Of a DNA stretch of 64,000 nt, positions 1-11,980 are shown one piece after another; positions within the stretch are counted from its first letter, which is position 1, and the number at the start of each line of letters is the position of its first letter. Source of the DNA: Octopus vulgaris (Eukaryota); assembly GCA_951406725.2 (NCBI GenBank), contig OX597831.1, forward strand, positions 28,086,001-28,150,000. Reading direction: 5' to 3'. Under the pieces are notes generated by a model. It saw only the letters and a list, made by a program, of their open reading frames with translations, did not search any database and was not told the DNA's origin. The translations under genes and the position numbers were made by a program.

Positions 1-754
1 ACAGGTACCTACTTAAAAATCTTGAATCTTTATATTCCATTCGCTTCTTTCACATGTTCTCATACACACACACACACACACAAATGGGACAAGAATGCAA
101 AACATCCAGACAGTTAAGTGATACAAAAAAGGGACAACAAAACACCCACACAGACAATACAAAGAAAACAAGGACCGGTCATTCGGAGTTTTCTTTCCTC
201 AGTCGAGTTTCAGATTATCTTTGCGATTTCGGCTGGTTATACTCGAGATTGCTCCAATCTAGCCAGCCCCAAGGAAAAACAAAGCTAAGAGCATTAGAAA
301 GTAGCGAATGTATACGAAAACAAGGACGGAAAAAAACGGAGAAAGTTACACAAATACAAATAACAGGACATAACAACAGGTGTCTTTCGACTAAGGACGC
401 ATTAAATTAAGCTGGCGTGTGTGGAAGTAAAGCTTTACGGCATGGACATAAGATTCAACAGGTACAGGGAGGAATATAGATGTTGCACGGATGGTAACAC
501 ATACATATGTATATATAGGTCTATTCGATATTTTAAGTAGTTAATAATAGACGATTAGAATTAGTCTCTGTGGCGAGTTAAACCGAGCTCTTAGTTATAA
601 ATGAAGTCTCAACATAGGACTGAAACTAGTACAGTGGATTCCCCTTCATCTCTCCATGGAAATATTATATACAAAAGAAAAAAGATTTTTGCATCTGTCT
701 ATTGCATGGTGGTGGAAAAAATCCATATACTCTGTAATATAGACTAAGATACCA

Positions 755-1215
755 ACTTACCAACATAACTACCTATTTATCTATCTACCTACCAAGCTAT
801 CTACCAACCTACTTAGCTATCTACTATTTACCTACTTACCTACCTACCTATTCACCTACCAAGCTATCTAGCAGCCTACTTACCTATCTACCGACCTACA
901 TTATCTATTTACCTACCTACCGTTCCATCTACCTAATAATCTACCTACCTACCTATCTAACCACCAACCTACATTATCTATTTATCTACCTACGGTTCCA
1001 CTTACCTAATAACCTACCTACCTACTTGCCTACCAAGCTACTTACTTACCTATCTACCTACCTAGAATATCTATTTACCTACCTACCGTTCCACCTACCT
1101 AATAAACTATTTACCTACCTACCTACCTACCTACATACATACATGCATACATACACACACACACACACACACACACTACGTACGTATCTACCAACCTACC
1201 TCTCCACCCATCTAC
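755..1215. repeat. Degenerate (CTAC/CTAT)n low-complexity tract with (CA)n
   Basis: Runs of ctac/ctat tetramers visible directly. Confidence 0.85.
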
Positions 1216-1384
1216 GTATTCATATCAATTGCTGCTTGTGGTTTAGTCGATAAGAGTTAAATCCACGTTATTGCCTAAGTAAACACCTTAAGTGAATCAT
1301 TACAGGTATGTTCCTCTTCATTTACTAATTCATACATAATAACAAATGATGGTAAATTGGTTTCTCTTTGTTCGCAAATAATAC

Positions 1385-1895
1385 TGTTGTTGTTGTTGTT
1401 GTTGTTGTTGATAATTCTGTCGCTATTGTTATTGTTACAGATGCTATTATTGATGTCTTTTTTTATTGTTGTTTGTCTATAAAGGTTGTCTTTCGTGATG
1501 ATGATAATGCTGCTGCTACTGGTGATGGTAGCACTAGCGATGATGATGGTGGTGGTGGTGGTGGTGGTGGTGGTGATGGAGGTGGCGGCGGTGACGATGG
1601 TGATAACGATGATTGTGGTGGTGGTGGTGGTGGTGGTGGCGGTGGAGATGGTGGTGGTGGTGATAACGGTGATGGTGGTGGTGGTGGTGGCGGTGGAGAT
1701 GGTGGTGGAGATGCTGATGGTGGTGGCGGTGGAGATGGTGGTGGTGGTGGAGATGGTGATGTGGTGGTGGTTGTGGTGGTTGTAGTGGTAGTGGCGGTGG
1801 TGGTGGAGATGGATGTAGTGGTAGTGGCGGTGGTGGTGGGGATGGATGTAGTGGTAATGGCGGTGGTTGTGATGGCAGTGTTGATGATGATAGCA
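1385..1895. repeat. (GTT)n/(GGT)n/(GAT)n trinucleotide low-complexity tract
   Basis: Direct; explains the poly-G/V/P/H ORFs. Confidence 0.9.
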
Positions 1896-2339
1896 GTGTT
1901 GCGGAGTATCCAGCCACCAGCCACAAAAGCCCTCACCTAATACAATAATAATAAACCCACAGAAAGACTGTGGACGCCATTGTCTGAACTGTCGTCTGTT
2001 TATCTATGGCGTCTGATTATATTGACTGAAGAGGTAGTGAGTGTAGGTGGGAGGAGAGAAACGGAAAACGGAGATAGGTAAAGGAGTGAGTGAGAACATG
2101 GTAAAATGAGAGTGAGTGGAACAGAATAATAGTAAATAGAGAGTGAGAGAGAAAAAGTTGATAAAGGAGTAGTGAGAAAGAGAGGGAGGGAGAAGTTTGA
2201 GAAATAGTGAGGAATAAAAAGAGAGTGAAGAAGGGAAGGAGTAGTAGACATAGAGAGGCAGAAGAAATAAAGAGGGCGGTTATTGTTTTTATTTTTGTAT
2301 TCGAAAGTAATGCTCCATGATGTTTATGGTAGTCACTCA

Positions 2340-3222
2340 GAATCCAGAAAAAAAAAAAAGTCACAGGAAGAAGAAAGGTCACAGAAAAAAGTCGATGGAA
2401 AAATAGCCACGGAAAAAAAGTCAGAAGAAAAGTCACAGAAAAAAGCCAACTAAAAAGGTCTATAAAACAAGATTGTGACAGGGTTGCTTGGTGGCGTCGG
2501 CTGGAATATTTGTCTTAGTCACCCAACATTAAAATTACTGAATATCCATGCAATGCCACCATACTATGTAAGGTTTTTCTAATCTGGACATGTCGTGTAT
2601 TGTCAATAATTGACCGACTTAAATCGTTTGTTTCATTGGCTTATTTTGGTTAAAAATTTGAATAAAATGTTGCTTTTTTCCCCACATATGTATAACTAGC
2701 AGTATCGCCCGGCGTTGCTCAGGTTTGTAATGGAAATAACTATAAAGCATTTTTAGAGAGTTATAGCCAAAAAATAGCAAAAAAATGGGAAAAAAATGAT
2801 GGTAAATTTTTTTTTAGAGTTAAAAAATGTCGAGTTGCGTCCCCTAGACAGTCTGTGGTTTGTGTTTCTGATTCTCGACCCCATGTCGAATTTATCGATT
2901 TTTTCAGAACTGGGGGAACTTTTCAAAATTTTCGCTGCGTTAGTTTTGAATTATGACATTGGGCTATGTGTGCGTCAAGTTTCATCAGAATCGGTTGAAA
3001 GCCGTGGTCAGGGTGAGGGTACAACCAAACAGACACACAGAAACACACAGAGACAAACTGCCGTTTATATAGAGAGAGATGCCATCATTTATAAATTGCG
3101 TAAAGTTCATTTACTGTTAGTTAACTGATTTAAAATCGTTTGCTTTATTACTTGTTTATAGTATTTACATAACATGTAACTATTTCCTAGCTAACTTGTA
3201 ACTTTTTTTCTGAACACCGTCT
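2340..3222. mobile_element. Putative MITE with ~15-bp GGAAAAAAGTCACA subterminal tandem repeats, interrupted by a Helitron
   Basis: Tandem gaaaaaagtcaca units at 2345-2460 and complementary gtaactttttttctg near 3198-3212; boundaries uncertain. Confidence 0.35.
2696..3079 (-). mobile_element. Non-autonomous Helitron
   Basis: Minus strand begins TC and ends with a CC(T/C)GAGCAACGCCGGG hairpin plus CTAG, inserted between A and T; same termini at 8145, 39529 and 46545. Confidence 0.75.
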
Positions 3223-3387
3223 GTCTGGTGATGTGTATGCAATGAGATTTGAACATTTGAAGAGAAAAGTGTATTGGAAGGAATTCCAAGATTACTTCAG
3301 TACCAGGGAGAAATGCAGAAGAATAGCAAAGCTAGACGAAGGGGGCAGTGCTACCCACCATCACCCGCTGTAGGAGTGTGAAAGAGT

Positions 3388-3630
3388 GAAGGCACGTGGC
3401 TTAGTGATTAGGGTATTCGGCTCACAATCATAAGGTTGTGAGTTCAATTCTTGACGGCGAATTGTGTCATTGAGCAAGGCAATTTATTTCACATAGTTCC
3501 AATCCATTCAGCTGATAAAAATGAGCATGAGTAGTACCCGTAATTCAAAGAGCCAACTTTGTCACACTCAGTGTCACGCTGAATCTCCATGAGAACTACG
3601 TTAAGGGTACGCATGTCTTTAGAGTGCTTT
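3388..3630 (+). mobile_element. tRNA-derived SINE (family A)
   Basis: A-box tggcttagtgatta and B-box gagttcaattc; homologous to 56099-56420. Confidence 0.8.
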
Positions 3631-3654
3631 AGAGCTATTTCGTACTTAAGAGAG

Positions 3655-4160
3655 TTATATGTGTCTATTTTTTTCGCCTTCCTTCTTAATTATTCGTGGG
3701 TGAAAGGGACATGCAACATCAACTAAATAACACATATGGTGCATCTTGTCTACCGCCACTAGGTCCGGTCTGTTATGCTCTAGCACCTGATCTATCTGGA
3801 TTGAGAAATCCCAGAGGATTTTGCAGGTTTCCGACTCCGTCACTCTCTACGGTTTGTACTCATACTTCGTCTTGCACATCTCTGGCCCCCACTTTTGCAC
3901 AGTTTCCTATGTACTACTTTCGCTACCTCATTTTGTCACCACAACTTGTAGTGGTTTTCGGCAAGTCTAGGGCATTCGTTCGCGATATGGACAATGGTTT
4001 CGTACTCCCTATAACAAATGCGGAACAGTAGAGACACTTGCTCATTCCTAAGGTTGACCCTCCAATTTGTGGCCAAAGCTTGGAGTCTGGTCTTGCGCTG
4101 CCAGTATAGTGCTCTCAATCTCTTTTTTCAGTGTCCCATTCTTTAATTTCACGGGCAGCC
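3655..4160 (-). pseudogene. R4/Dong-like non-LTR retrotransposon C-terminal fragment (zinc knuckle plus restriction-like endonuclease)
   Basis: Translations RICYREYETIVHIANECPRLA and KILWDFSIQIDQVLEHNRPDLVAVDK...LVDVACP match the knuckle and RPD..D motifs of RLE-clade LINEs; frameshifts present. Confidence 0.8.
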
Positions 4161-4866
4161 TGTTCTACTGATCATATTTACGGGGACACTCATCATCGTA
4201 ACCGACGGAGTGCCAGTTTAGTTTAGGTGTGAAAGGACCCAAGATGTTCTGTTTATCATGCTTGTTAATAAAGACATTACCATATTTTCCCGCAAGTTGA
4301 ATTTTTCAGACCAAAATTTACAGCCTAAAAAGGAAGGTTGATTTATGCACCAAGACAACTTTCGAGGTGACTGTGTTTGTCCCCCCACACCATCGCTTGA
4401 CAACTTTCGAGGAACAAATGTTTTATGTGAAATGCAACAGGATTTAGAAAGATAGTGACGATGTTTGAATATTTACATTACAGGTTGACACTATTATTGT
4501 CGACTTGTATGCCGGAAAATACGGTAATTAAAGCAGCGAAACCATTGCCTTTGCTCGTGGGCGCTGAGAAACCTCGCAACATTGCTGTGAGAATCATTGG
4601 GTGTCTAGTGTTTAGTGCTAGGGTTTGCACAAAATGTGAGACAGAGTAGGAATGGTGATGAAGAAGAGACAGGTGCATGGGATGAACAAAGGTAGCACTC
4701 AGCCAGCTTAGAGTGGCGAAATCTACTTAGTAACATTCCCCCCGGATCTTTGAGATCCGAATTCAAATCCCACTGAGGAAAAAGTTAGCCTTTCGTTCAT
4801 TTGGCATCGATAAAAGATGTAGTACCAGTAAAAGAATTTCAGGTCCTGTGCCTAAAATAAAAACAA

Positions 4867-4897
<31 letters not shown>

Positions 4898-5017
4898 CAT
4901 TTTTATTATTATCATTATCCTGGACGGTGAGCTGGTGTCGTTCCCGTTTCCTGTTTATAAGACATGCCTTTCCGCAGCTCACTTCTTTTGATGGAGCTGC
5001 TGTCCTGGGTCAAGAGA

Positions 5018-5325
5018 AAACAATGGTTTCGTACTCCCTATTACAAATGCGGCACAGTGGAGACACTTGCTCATTCCTAAGGTTAACCCTCCAATTTGTG
5101 GCCAAAGCTTGAAGCCTGGTCTTGCGCTGCCAGTGTAGTGCTCTCAATCTCTTTTTTCAGTGTCCCATTCTTCAGCCAATCCCACCTATGTTTTCCAGCA
5201 ACTCCAGTTGTGGCTACATGAAGCTCATTGTGTTGCCCCTTGTTGCGAAATGCTTCTCCACGTCCTTTTTGTACTTCATTGTTTTTCCCTTTTTGTCTGC
5301 TTTCAATACTCCCTCGTTCCTAACT
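5018..5325 (-). pseudogene. Second fragment of the same R4/Dong-like LINE
   Basis: 5020-5172 closely matches 3991-4142 (acaatggtttcgtactccct...gtgtcccattct). Confidence 0.75.
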
Positions 5326-5329
5326 GACA

Positions 5330-5410
<81 letters not shown>

Positions 5411-5612
5411 GATGGCGAGCTGGTAGGATCGTTAGCATGCGGTGCAAAATGCTCAGCGGCATTTCGTTCCGGGTTCAAATTCCGCCGAGGTCGACTTTGC
5501 CTTTCATACTTTCGGGATCGATAAACTAAGTACCAGTGAAACTGGGTTTCATGTAATCGGCTATCCCCCTTCCCTCAAATTCCAGGGCTTGTGCTTATAG
5601 TAGAAAGGATTA
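5411..5612 (+). mobile_element. tRNA-derived SINE (family C, Meta/Nin-like central domain)
   Basis: gatggcgagctgg head, ggttcaaattcc B-box, gcctttcat.ctttcggg.tcgataaa core; sits in (ATT)n. Confidence 0.75.
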
Positions 5613-5669
5613 TTATTATCATTATTATTATTATTTTTAATTTTTAAATTTTTTTTTATTAATTATTAT

Positions 5670-6230
5670 TATTGAGTGAGAGAGCAAAGCATGTCATCAA
5701 AGTAACGCTGGGGTACAAATATACGAAGACCAATAGACCTATCATGACTATCCGTCTGACAAAGGTATACCAGGCACATGCATCACAACCATATATGCGC
5801 GACATGATGATCTCATTTCAAGATAAACAGCACATGACCTTGCAGGGTGGAGGCAGTCAGAATTCTCTTCAGGTCGAGTAACCCATCCGGCTCAAAAGGT
5901 CCCTGAATAAGGGTTGTTTAAGGATGATAAACGAAACACCCTTGTTTCCAGAGGTGAATGATTCAAACCCCAAAGAATCCCTCTCAACACATGGCTATGA
6001 TGCTCCCCCACTACTTCTGCTCATGATCAGAGATGCACATATCATCAGCTACCACACGACATGCTCAACTGGTTAAGGTCAAACGACTGACAAACAAATC
6101 TGTGGTATTGAGCAGAATATTTGCTGTAGCCCATCTTTTATACCAAGACAAAACAATGTACATGATAACACTTCCAATCAGTTAAGATCAGAAGCCACGA
6201 GAGCCACTGCCTGGTACTGCATCAGGGCAT
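5670..6230 (-). mobile_element. Unclassified interspersed repeat inserted in (ATT)n
   Basis: ~560 bp of complex sequence bounded on both sides by ttattatt; no coding motif recognised. Confidence 0.35.
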
Positions 6231-6962
6231 TTATTATTATTTATTATTATCCGTTGCATCACCTCAATTATTTGAAGAAACGAGGTCGTGAAGGATTACA
6301 TATTTTCGAAAGTGGGTCCCGATAATAAAAAAAGGTTGAGAACTTCTATTGAGAAGGGCCCCTACCCCGTCATTTCGTTAGATCGCCTTTGGCAATGAGA
6401 GTTTGCTTGCTACGATAGAATGTCAGAGACTGAGAAGTCTGGAGACGAAAATAGAATTAGAATCTTATAAAGCCATTGAAACGGGACATATCGTCTGCTC
6501 CCTTCCATATTGTTTGTTGGTGAGTTGGGTACATTGTCGTGTCTGGTTAGCATATATTATTAACCTTAAAACACTTTTTCTGACATACTGTAACCTTTCC
6601 TTTATCTAGCATTCGGAGAAGGGGGGATTTATTCTTTGAATTCATTCCCCCCACTCTCTCCCATACATAGAACCACCTTATATATGTATATATACGCGCG
6701 CGCACGCAAATATATATATGTATATATACTCACGCGCACGCACACACACACACACACACACACATACATACATACATACATACATACATACATACATACA
6801 TACATACATACATACATACATACGTACGTACATACACACACGAGACACCTACGCATGTATATTCGTATATCATATTCATAGACGTACATGCATAAAATAT
6901 ACACATATATTTGCGCATATGTGTACATGTACATGCATGCGTGTGTGTAAATGTCTTTTCTT

Positions 6963-7021
<59 letters not shown>

Positions 7022-7181
7022 TCTCGTTGTGTGTCTACCTGTCTATTTCTCAAAATAAGCTGTGTCGACACTATCAGGGACCGCAAGATTGTAATTAAGT
7101 GGACTGATCGTTCTAGACTATGTGTCGCCTGCCTCGCTTTTACAATTGTGGTCAGTTTTGAGCGTCAAACACGCACGCACG

Positions 7182-7242
<61 letters not shown>

Positions 7243-7344
7243 ACACATACATATATTTAGATACATGCATTTATAGGGCTCAATGAAAACAAACATACAG
7301 TCATACAAGAACAGGGGTATACATACATATATACATACATGCAT

Positions 7345-7533
7345 ACATGGCGCAGCTACGAATCTATATTTAGAAGTTTGCTTCTCAACCATATGGTTCC
7401 GAGTTCGGTTCCACTTCACGCAAGCTTGGGCAAGTATTTTCTACTATAGCCGCGGGTTGACCAAACCCTTGTGAGTGGATTTAGTATGGTAAACGGAAAC
7501 AGAAAGAAGCCCGTTGCATATGTATGTATGTGC

Positions 7534-7589
<56 letters not shown>

Positions 7590-7810
7590 ATGTGCATGCA
7601 TGCGTGTGTGCGTGTCTGTGTTTGTATTTGTCTTCCACCAACGCTCGACAACCCAATGTTGTTTTGTTTACGTCCTCGTATTTTACAGAATACGTACCAA
7701 GTTTTAAATAAAATAAGTAGTGGGGTTGATTTGTCTGAATAAACCCTCTCAAATCGGCGACCCAGCATGGCCACAGTCCAACGACTGAAACAAGTAAAAG
7801 CTAGAAAATA
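7345..7810 (+). mobile_element. CORE-like SINE (family B) with internal (GT)n
   Basis: cttgggcaagt core and gactgaaacaagtaaaag tail; homologous to 58988-59400. Confidence 0.75.
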
Positions 7811-8144
7811 AAATGCGAGGTGGTATCAAAAAGTTCCCGGGCTAGTTCAGTAGCGCGCCAGCAGATGACAGCACACGTTTGTGTGCGCAATGAGAGCTAG
7901 TGGTGACTTTTATGTAGCAGTGTGCCGAGTGAGACCGCTGTGTTTACTTCGCAAGCTGTGAAATTTGTGATTATGTGTATGCTATAGTCTGCGATTTTGT
8001 CATGGACAGGACCAAAGTGCCAAAGTGACAACCGATGTTGGTGTGTTTATGTCCCCATAACTTTGCTGCTCGGCAAAAAGAGTCGAATAGAATAAGGACC
8101 AGGCTTCAATAATAATACTGTGAAGGCTGCGTGACGTTCGATTA

Positions 8145-8657
8145 TCTATATATATAAAACTGTAGTTGTGTGAGTGTCTGTCCCCTTCGATTTAGATTCC
8201 TAACTACTCCCACATTTTGCGGTGCAGTTTAACCAAATTCGGGTATCTTATAGTCGTGATTCATATCGAGCCCGTCTGAGTATTAGCGCGCGTCTACGAT
8301 GAGTCTACGATTTTAAAAATAATTTAACATCATTTTTTATACCATTTTAATGCATAATTTTTCGTGTGTCGATGGCGGCGGAGTTTGCGTCCATGGTCAC
8401 ACCTGCACCTGTTTGCTTCTCCCCCTTCTTCCCTCCCTCGTGAAGCTGTGGGGAAGGGAGTATAAGGAAATCAACGTCGTAAAGCGTTGTCAAGGAGACC
8501 AGCGTTCTTTTAGAACAACGACTTCATGGCTTGAAGACACCAAAACAGAAATGGCTAAGAAAGCCTGAATTGGCATCTATAAGGGAAGTAACTCTCTAAA
8601 AATGCTTATATAGTTATTTCCCTTACAAACCCGAGCAACGTCGGGCGATACTGCTAG
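8145..8657 (+). mobile_element. Non-autonomous Helitron
   Basis: a|TCTATATATATAAAAC start; CCCGAGCAACGTCGGG hairpin then CTAG|t end. Confidence 0.8.
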
Positions 8658-8682
8658 TAAATAAATAAAATTAAATATAAAC

Positions 8683-9180
8683 TAAGTACAGGACATTACC
8701 AACGAGTGAAAAATATCTAAACACACGAGAGATATTTTGTCCTGAACTTATCTCTCGTGTGTTTACGTATTTTTCACTCGTTGGTAATGTCTTGTACTTA
8801 ATGTGTATTTATTTTTTATATCCATCTTTCATGTCCAGACTTATTTCTTCGCATCCGCCACCACAACCTCGTTTAGGCTTAGCAGCCCTTCCTGTCTGTT
8901 TTCACTGTCCTGTTTTTGTCACCAATCTTGACCCTCCGCAAGATCACAAATTTTAATTTAATTTGCTTTGCGGGAGCAACTGTTTTATCGAAGGCGTATC
9001 TTATCGTGAATTGCTCGAAATACGGACTAGAAGAACAGCAGACAACTGACGAAGGGTCGTTCCTCGTGTTGCTTGTCTTGTTTTCTATTTGTTTCTTTCG
9101 TTACTTGCAGAAAAAGCCCTTATTCCATGTCCTCGTACTTCGTACTTTTCGTAGTTTATGTTTTGTGACGTCCTGTGCCC
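8683..9180 (+). mobile_element. Penelope-like pseudo-LTR remnant with terminal fold-back
   Basis: 52-bp inverted arms at 8683-8734 and 8749-8800; degenerate hammerhead-like motifs at 8966-9027 and 9041-9077. Confidence 0.45.
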
Positions 9181-9226
9181 ACATATGTATATACGTATAC
9201 ATGTGTGTACGTATACATATGTATAT

Positions 9227-9276
<50 letters not shown>

Positions 9277-9304
9277 CTATATATATAAAAACTTACTTGG
9301 AGGA

Positions 9305-9343
<39 letters not shown>

Positions 9344-9358
9344 CATGCATACATACAT

Positions 9359-9427
<69 letters not shown>

Positions 9428-10220
9428 GCTCCAGCATGGCTGCAGTCAAATATGACTGAAACAGGTAAAAGAAAAAAAGAATTAAAGAATACACATACAT
9501 ATACACACACACGCACACACTCTCACTGTCACATCTACAAATATTTATCAGCCTCTGAGACCACCACACCTTCGTATCAGTCACTGCCTCCTCCTCTCCT
9601 TCCTCACAACTCAGTACTCCTTACCTCAACACTGAGGTCAGGTCGCCAAATTCTGATGTCAAGGGACACATGTCCCGGAGTAACACTATACTTCCTGTTT
9701 CAAAGAGTATCTTGTTATCCTGATCTGGATTAACTTTTACAAAAAAAGAAAGGAATCTGTTAATCAACCAAAACAGGTTACAGGTCACAACAGGTAACAT
9801 ATTTCATCATCATCATTATCGTCATCATCATGAAAACCATCATTTGCACAGTTCTGGCACCACTGCCATCACACTCACCACACCACCACCACTATCACAA
9901 CAACTGTCACTATCACCACCACCACTGCCGCCGCTGCTCAACCCTGAACCACCGCCTTGTAGTCCGCTGCAGCTACCACCACCACCTCCACCACCACCGT
10001 TGCCACCTCCTCTTTTTCGAGCGCTGAGAGAGAAAGAGAGGGATAAAGGGAGAGATATAAAGAGGGAGAGAACTCTCTGTGACACCATCTTTGCTAAACT
10101 AAAGAAGCGCATGTTCTAGAAGATAGATAGACGGACGGATGAACGGATGGGTAGGTAGATAAAGATAGACAGCCAACCGGACAGCCAGCCAGCCAGCCTG
10201 ACAGACAGACAGAGGGATAT

Positions 10221-10530
10221 GTTTCTTTATTAGCCACACAGGGCTGCACACAGACGGGACAAATTACAAGGTAGAGCTTTTCTTTTTGGGGATAAAAAAA
10301 AAGGGGTTTTGGTTTTCGATCAAAAGGGATCGTAAAAGGAAAGAAAGAGGAAAGCAAAAATAAAAAAGTGGGGGATAAAAATAAAAGGAAAAAGAAAAAA
10401 TCGATCAATAGGGATCGTTATCACAGAAATGTCAATATAAAGTGTAAAGGGGAGGACAGGTGAGGTTTACCCGTGGAAAGAAAAACCTACGGAAAAGACC
10501 ACGGTAACCTCGGTCAATGAAGTCACATGT
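10221..10530 (-). mobile_element. Probable LINE 3' UTR fragment
   Basis: Minus strand ends ...gccctgtgtggctAATAAAgaaac, a tail shared with family C SINEs; no coding part visible. Confidence 0.45.
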
Positions 10531-10579
10531 TATATTTTTTTTACAAATAAGCAACTCTCTGTATTCATTTTTACAGTTC

Positions 10580-10684
10580 ATAGATAGTCAGACAGATAAA
10601 TTAGATAGATAGTCAGACAGACAGACAGACAAATAGATTAGATAGATAGATAGTCAGACAGACAGATAGATTAGATTAGATTAA

Positions 10685-10741
<57 letters not shown>

Positions 10742-10750
10742 CAAATAGAC

Positions 10751-10797
<47 letters not shown>

Positions 10798-10853
10798 CAA
10801 CCAGACAGCCAGGCAGATACAGACAGACAGACAGATAGATAGATGGATGGATA
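10580..10853. repeat. (TAGA/CAGA)n microsatellite
   Basis: Direct. Confidence 0.95.
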
Positions 10854-11658
10854 ATCTTGCTATCTACCTCGTCTATCGGTGTGTTTTTTGTTCATCCATA
10901 TGTCCATGTTTCTAGTTTTTTTTCTCTCCCCAGATGTAAAGTGCAGAAAGATGTTTTGGCTGCCATATTACCATGGTTGGTTGGTTAGATGGTTGGTCAA
11001 ATAAGATGGCTTCCATGGCTAGAACAATCAACTGGAATTTGATACTAGTTCTGCTTGAGTGCAGGCAGGTGCGCAGTGGGAGGAGAAGGGCTGAGATGGT
11101 GGCACGATGGGTGGGTGCCAATAGTGAGAGTAATGCGTTGTGGTGGAGTGGAAGGTAAGAGTGTGGGGTTCAGATGAAACACTAGTTGGTTTATAATAAA
11201 AGAAAATCATACGTGGTGAGGCATGGTTGGATTGGTAAAAGTACTTGGTCTTATAGCTCTTTAATTTGTTGGGTCCGAGTTCCAATACCAGGAGAGTTGA
11301 GTGAGCTTTCCATCTTTCTTGGGTTCAATAAATTAAATACCAGTTATATACTAGGGTTGATATCTGCAACACATAGCTGGGGGAGGGGCAGTAGGGGCGG
11401 TCCGCTCTGGGTGGCACTTTTAAAGGGTTGGTACTTTTGGATCTGCTGTAGGCAATATGTGGTTTTCTGTGGGTCTGGGGCAGCAAACGGAAGGGCCATC
11501 CCAGGTGGCACACACTCTGGCTATGTTAGTGCTACTAACAATTACTAGTCAAAGAATGTGGTGTCTCTATGTAGTCACACGACCTACTAGAAACAGCAGT
11601 CAAATCTCAAAAGAAGGAAACTTTAGATAATAAGGACATATTTATTAGATTAAAGGAG

Positions 11659-11980
11659 TACTCCGTCAGTTACGACGATGAGGGTCCCAGCTGATACGAT
11701 CAATGGAACAGCTTGCTCGTGAAATTAACATGCAAGTGACTGAGCAATCCACAGACATGTGTACCCCTAACATAGTTCTCGGAGATTCAGCATGACACAG
11801 AGTATGACAAGGCCGGCCCTTTGAAATACAGGTACAACTCATTTTTGCCAGTTGAGTGGACTCCTGGAGCAACGTGAAATAAAGTGTCTTGCTCAAGGAC
11901 ACAACGCATCGCTGGGAATTGAACTCACAACCTTACAATTGTGAGACAAATGCCCTAACCACTAAGCTACGCGCCTTCAT
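11659..11980 (-). mobile_element. SINE family A
   Basis: Reverse complement of the 56099-56420 sequence. Confidence 0.85.

Noticed and set aside
1368-1940. Extensin-like, Gly-rich or His-rich proteins
   Set aside because: Multiple frames are open because of (GGT)n; no complex sequence
6629-7774. HT/CV/YI-repeat ORFs here and throughout the window
   Set aside because: Translations of (CA)n, (TA)n and (TACA)n microsatellites
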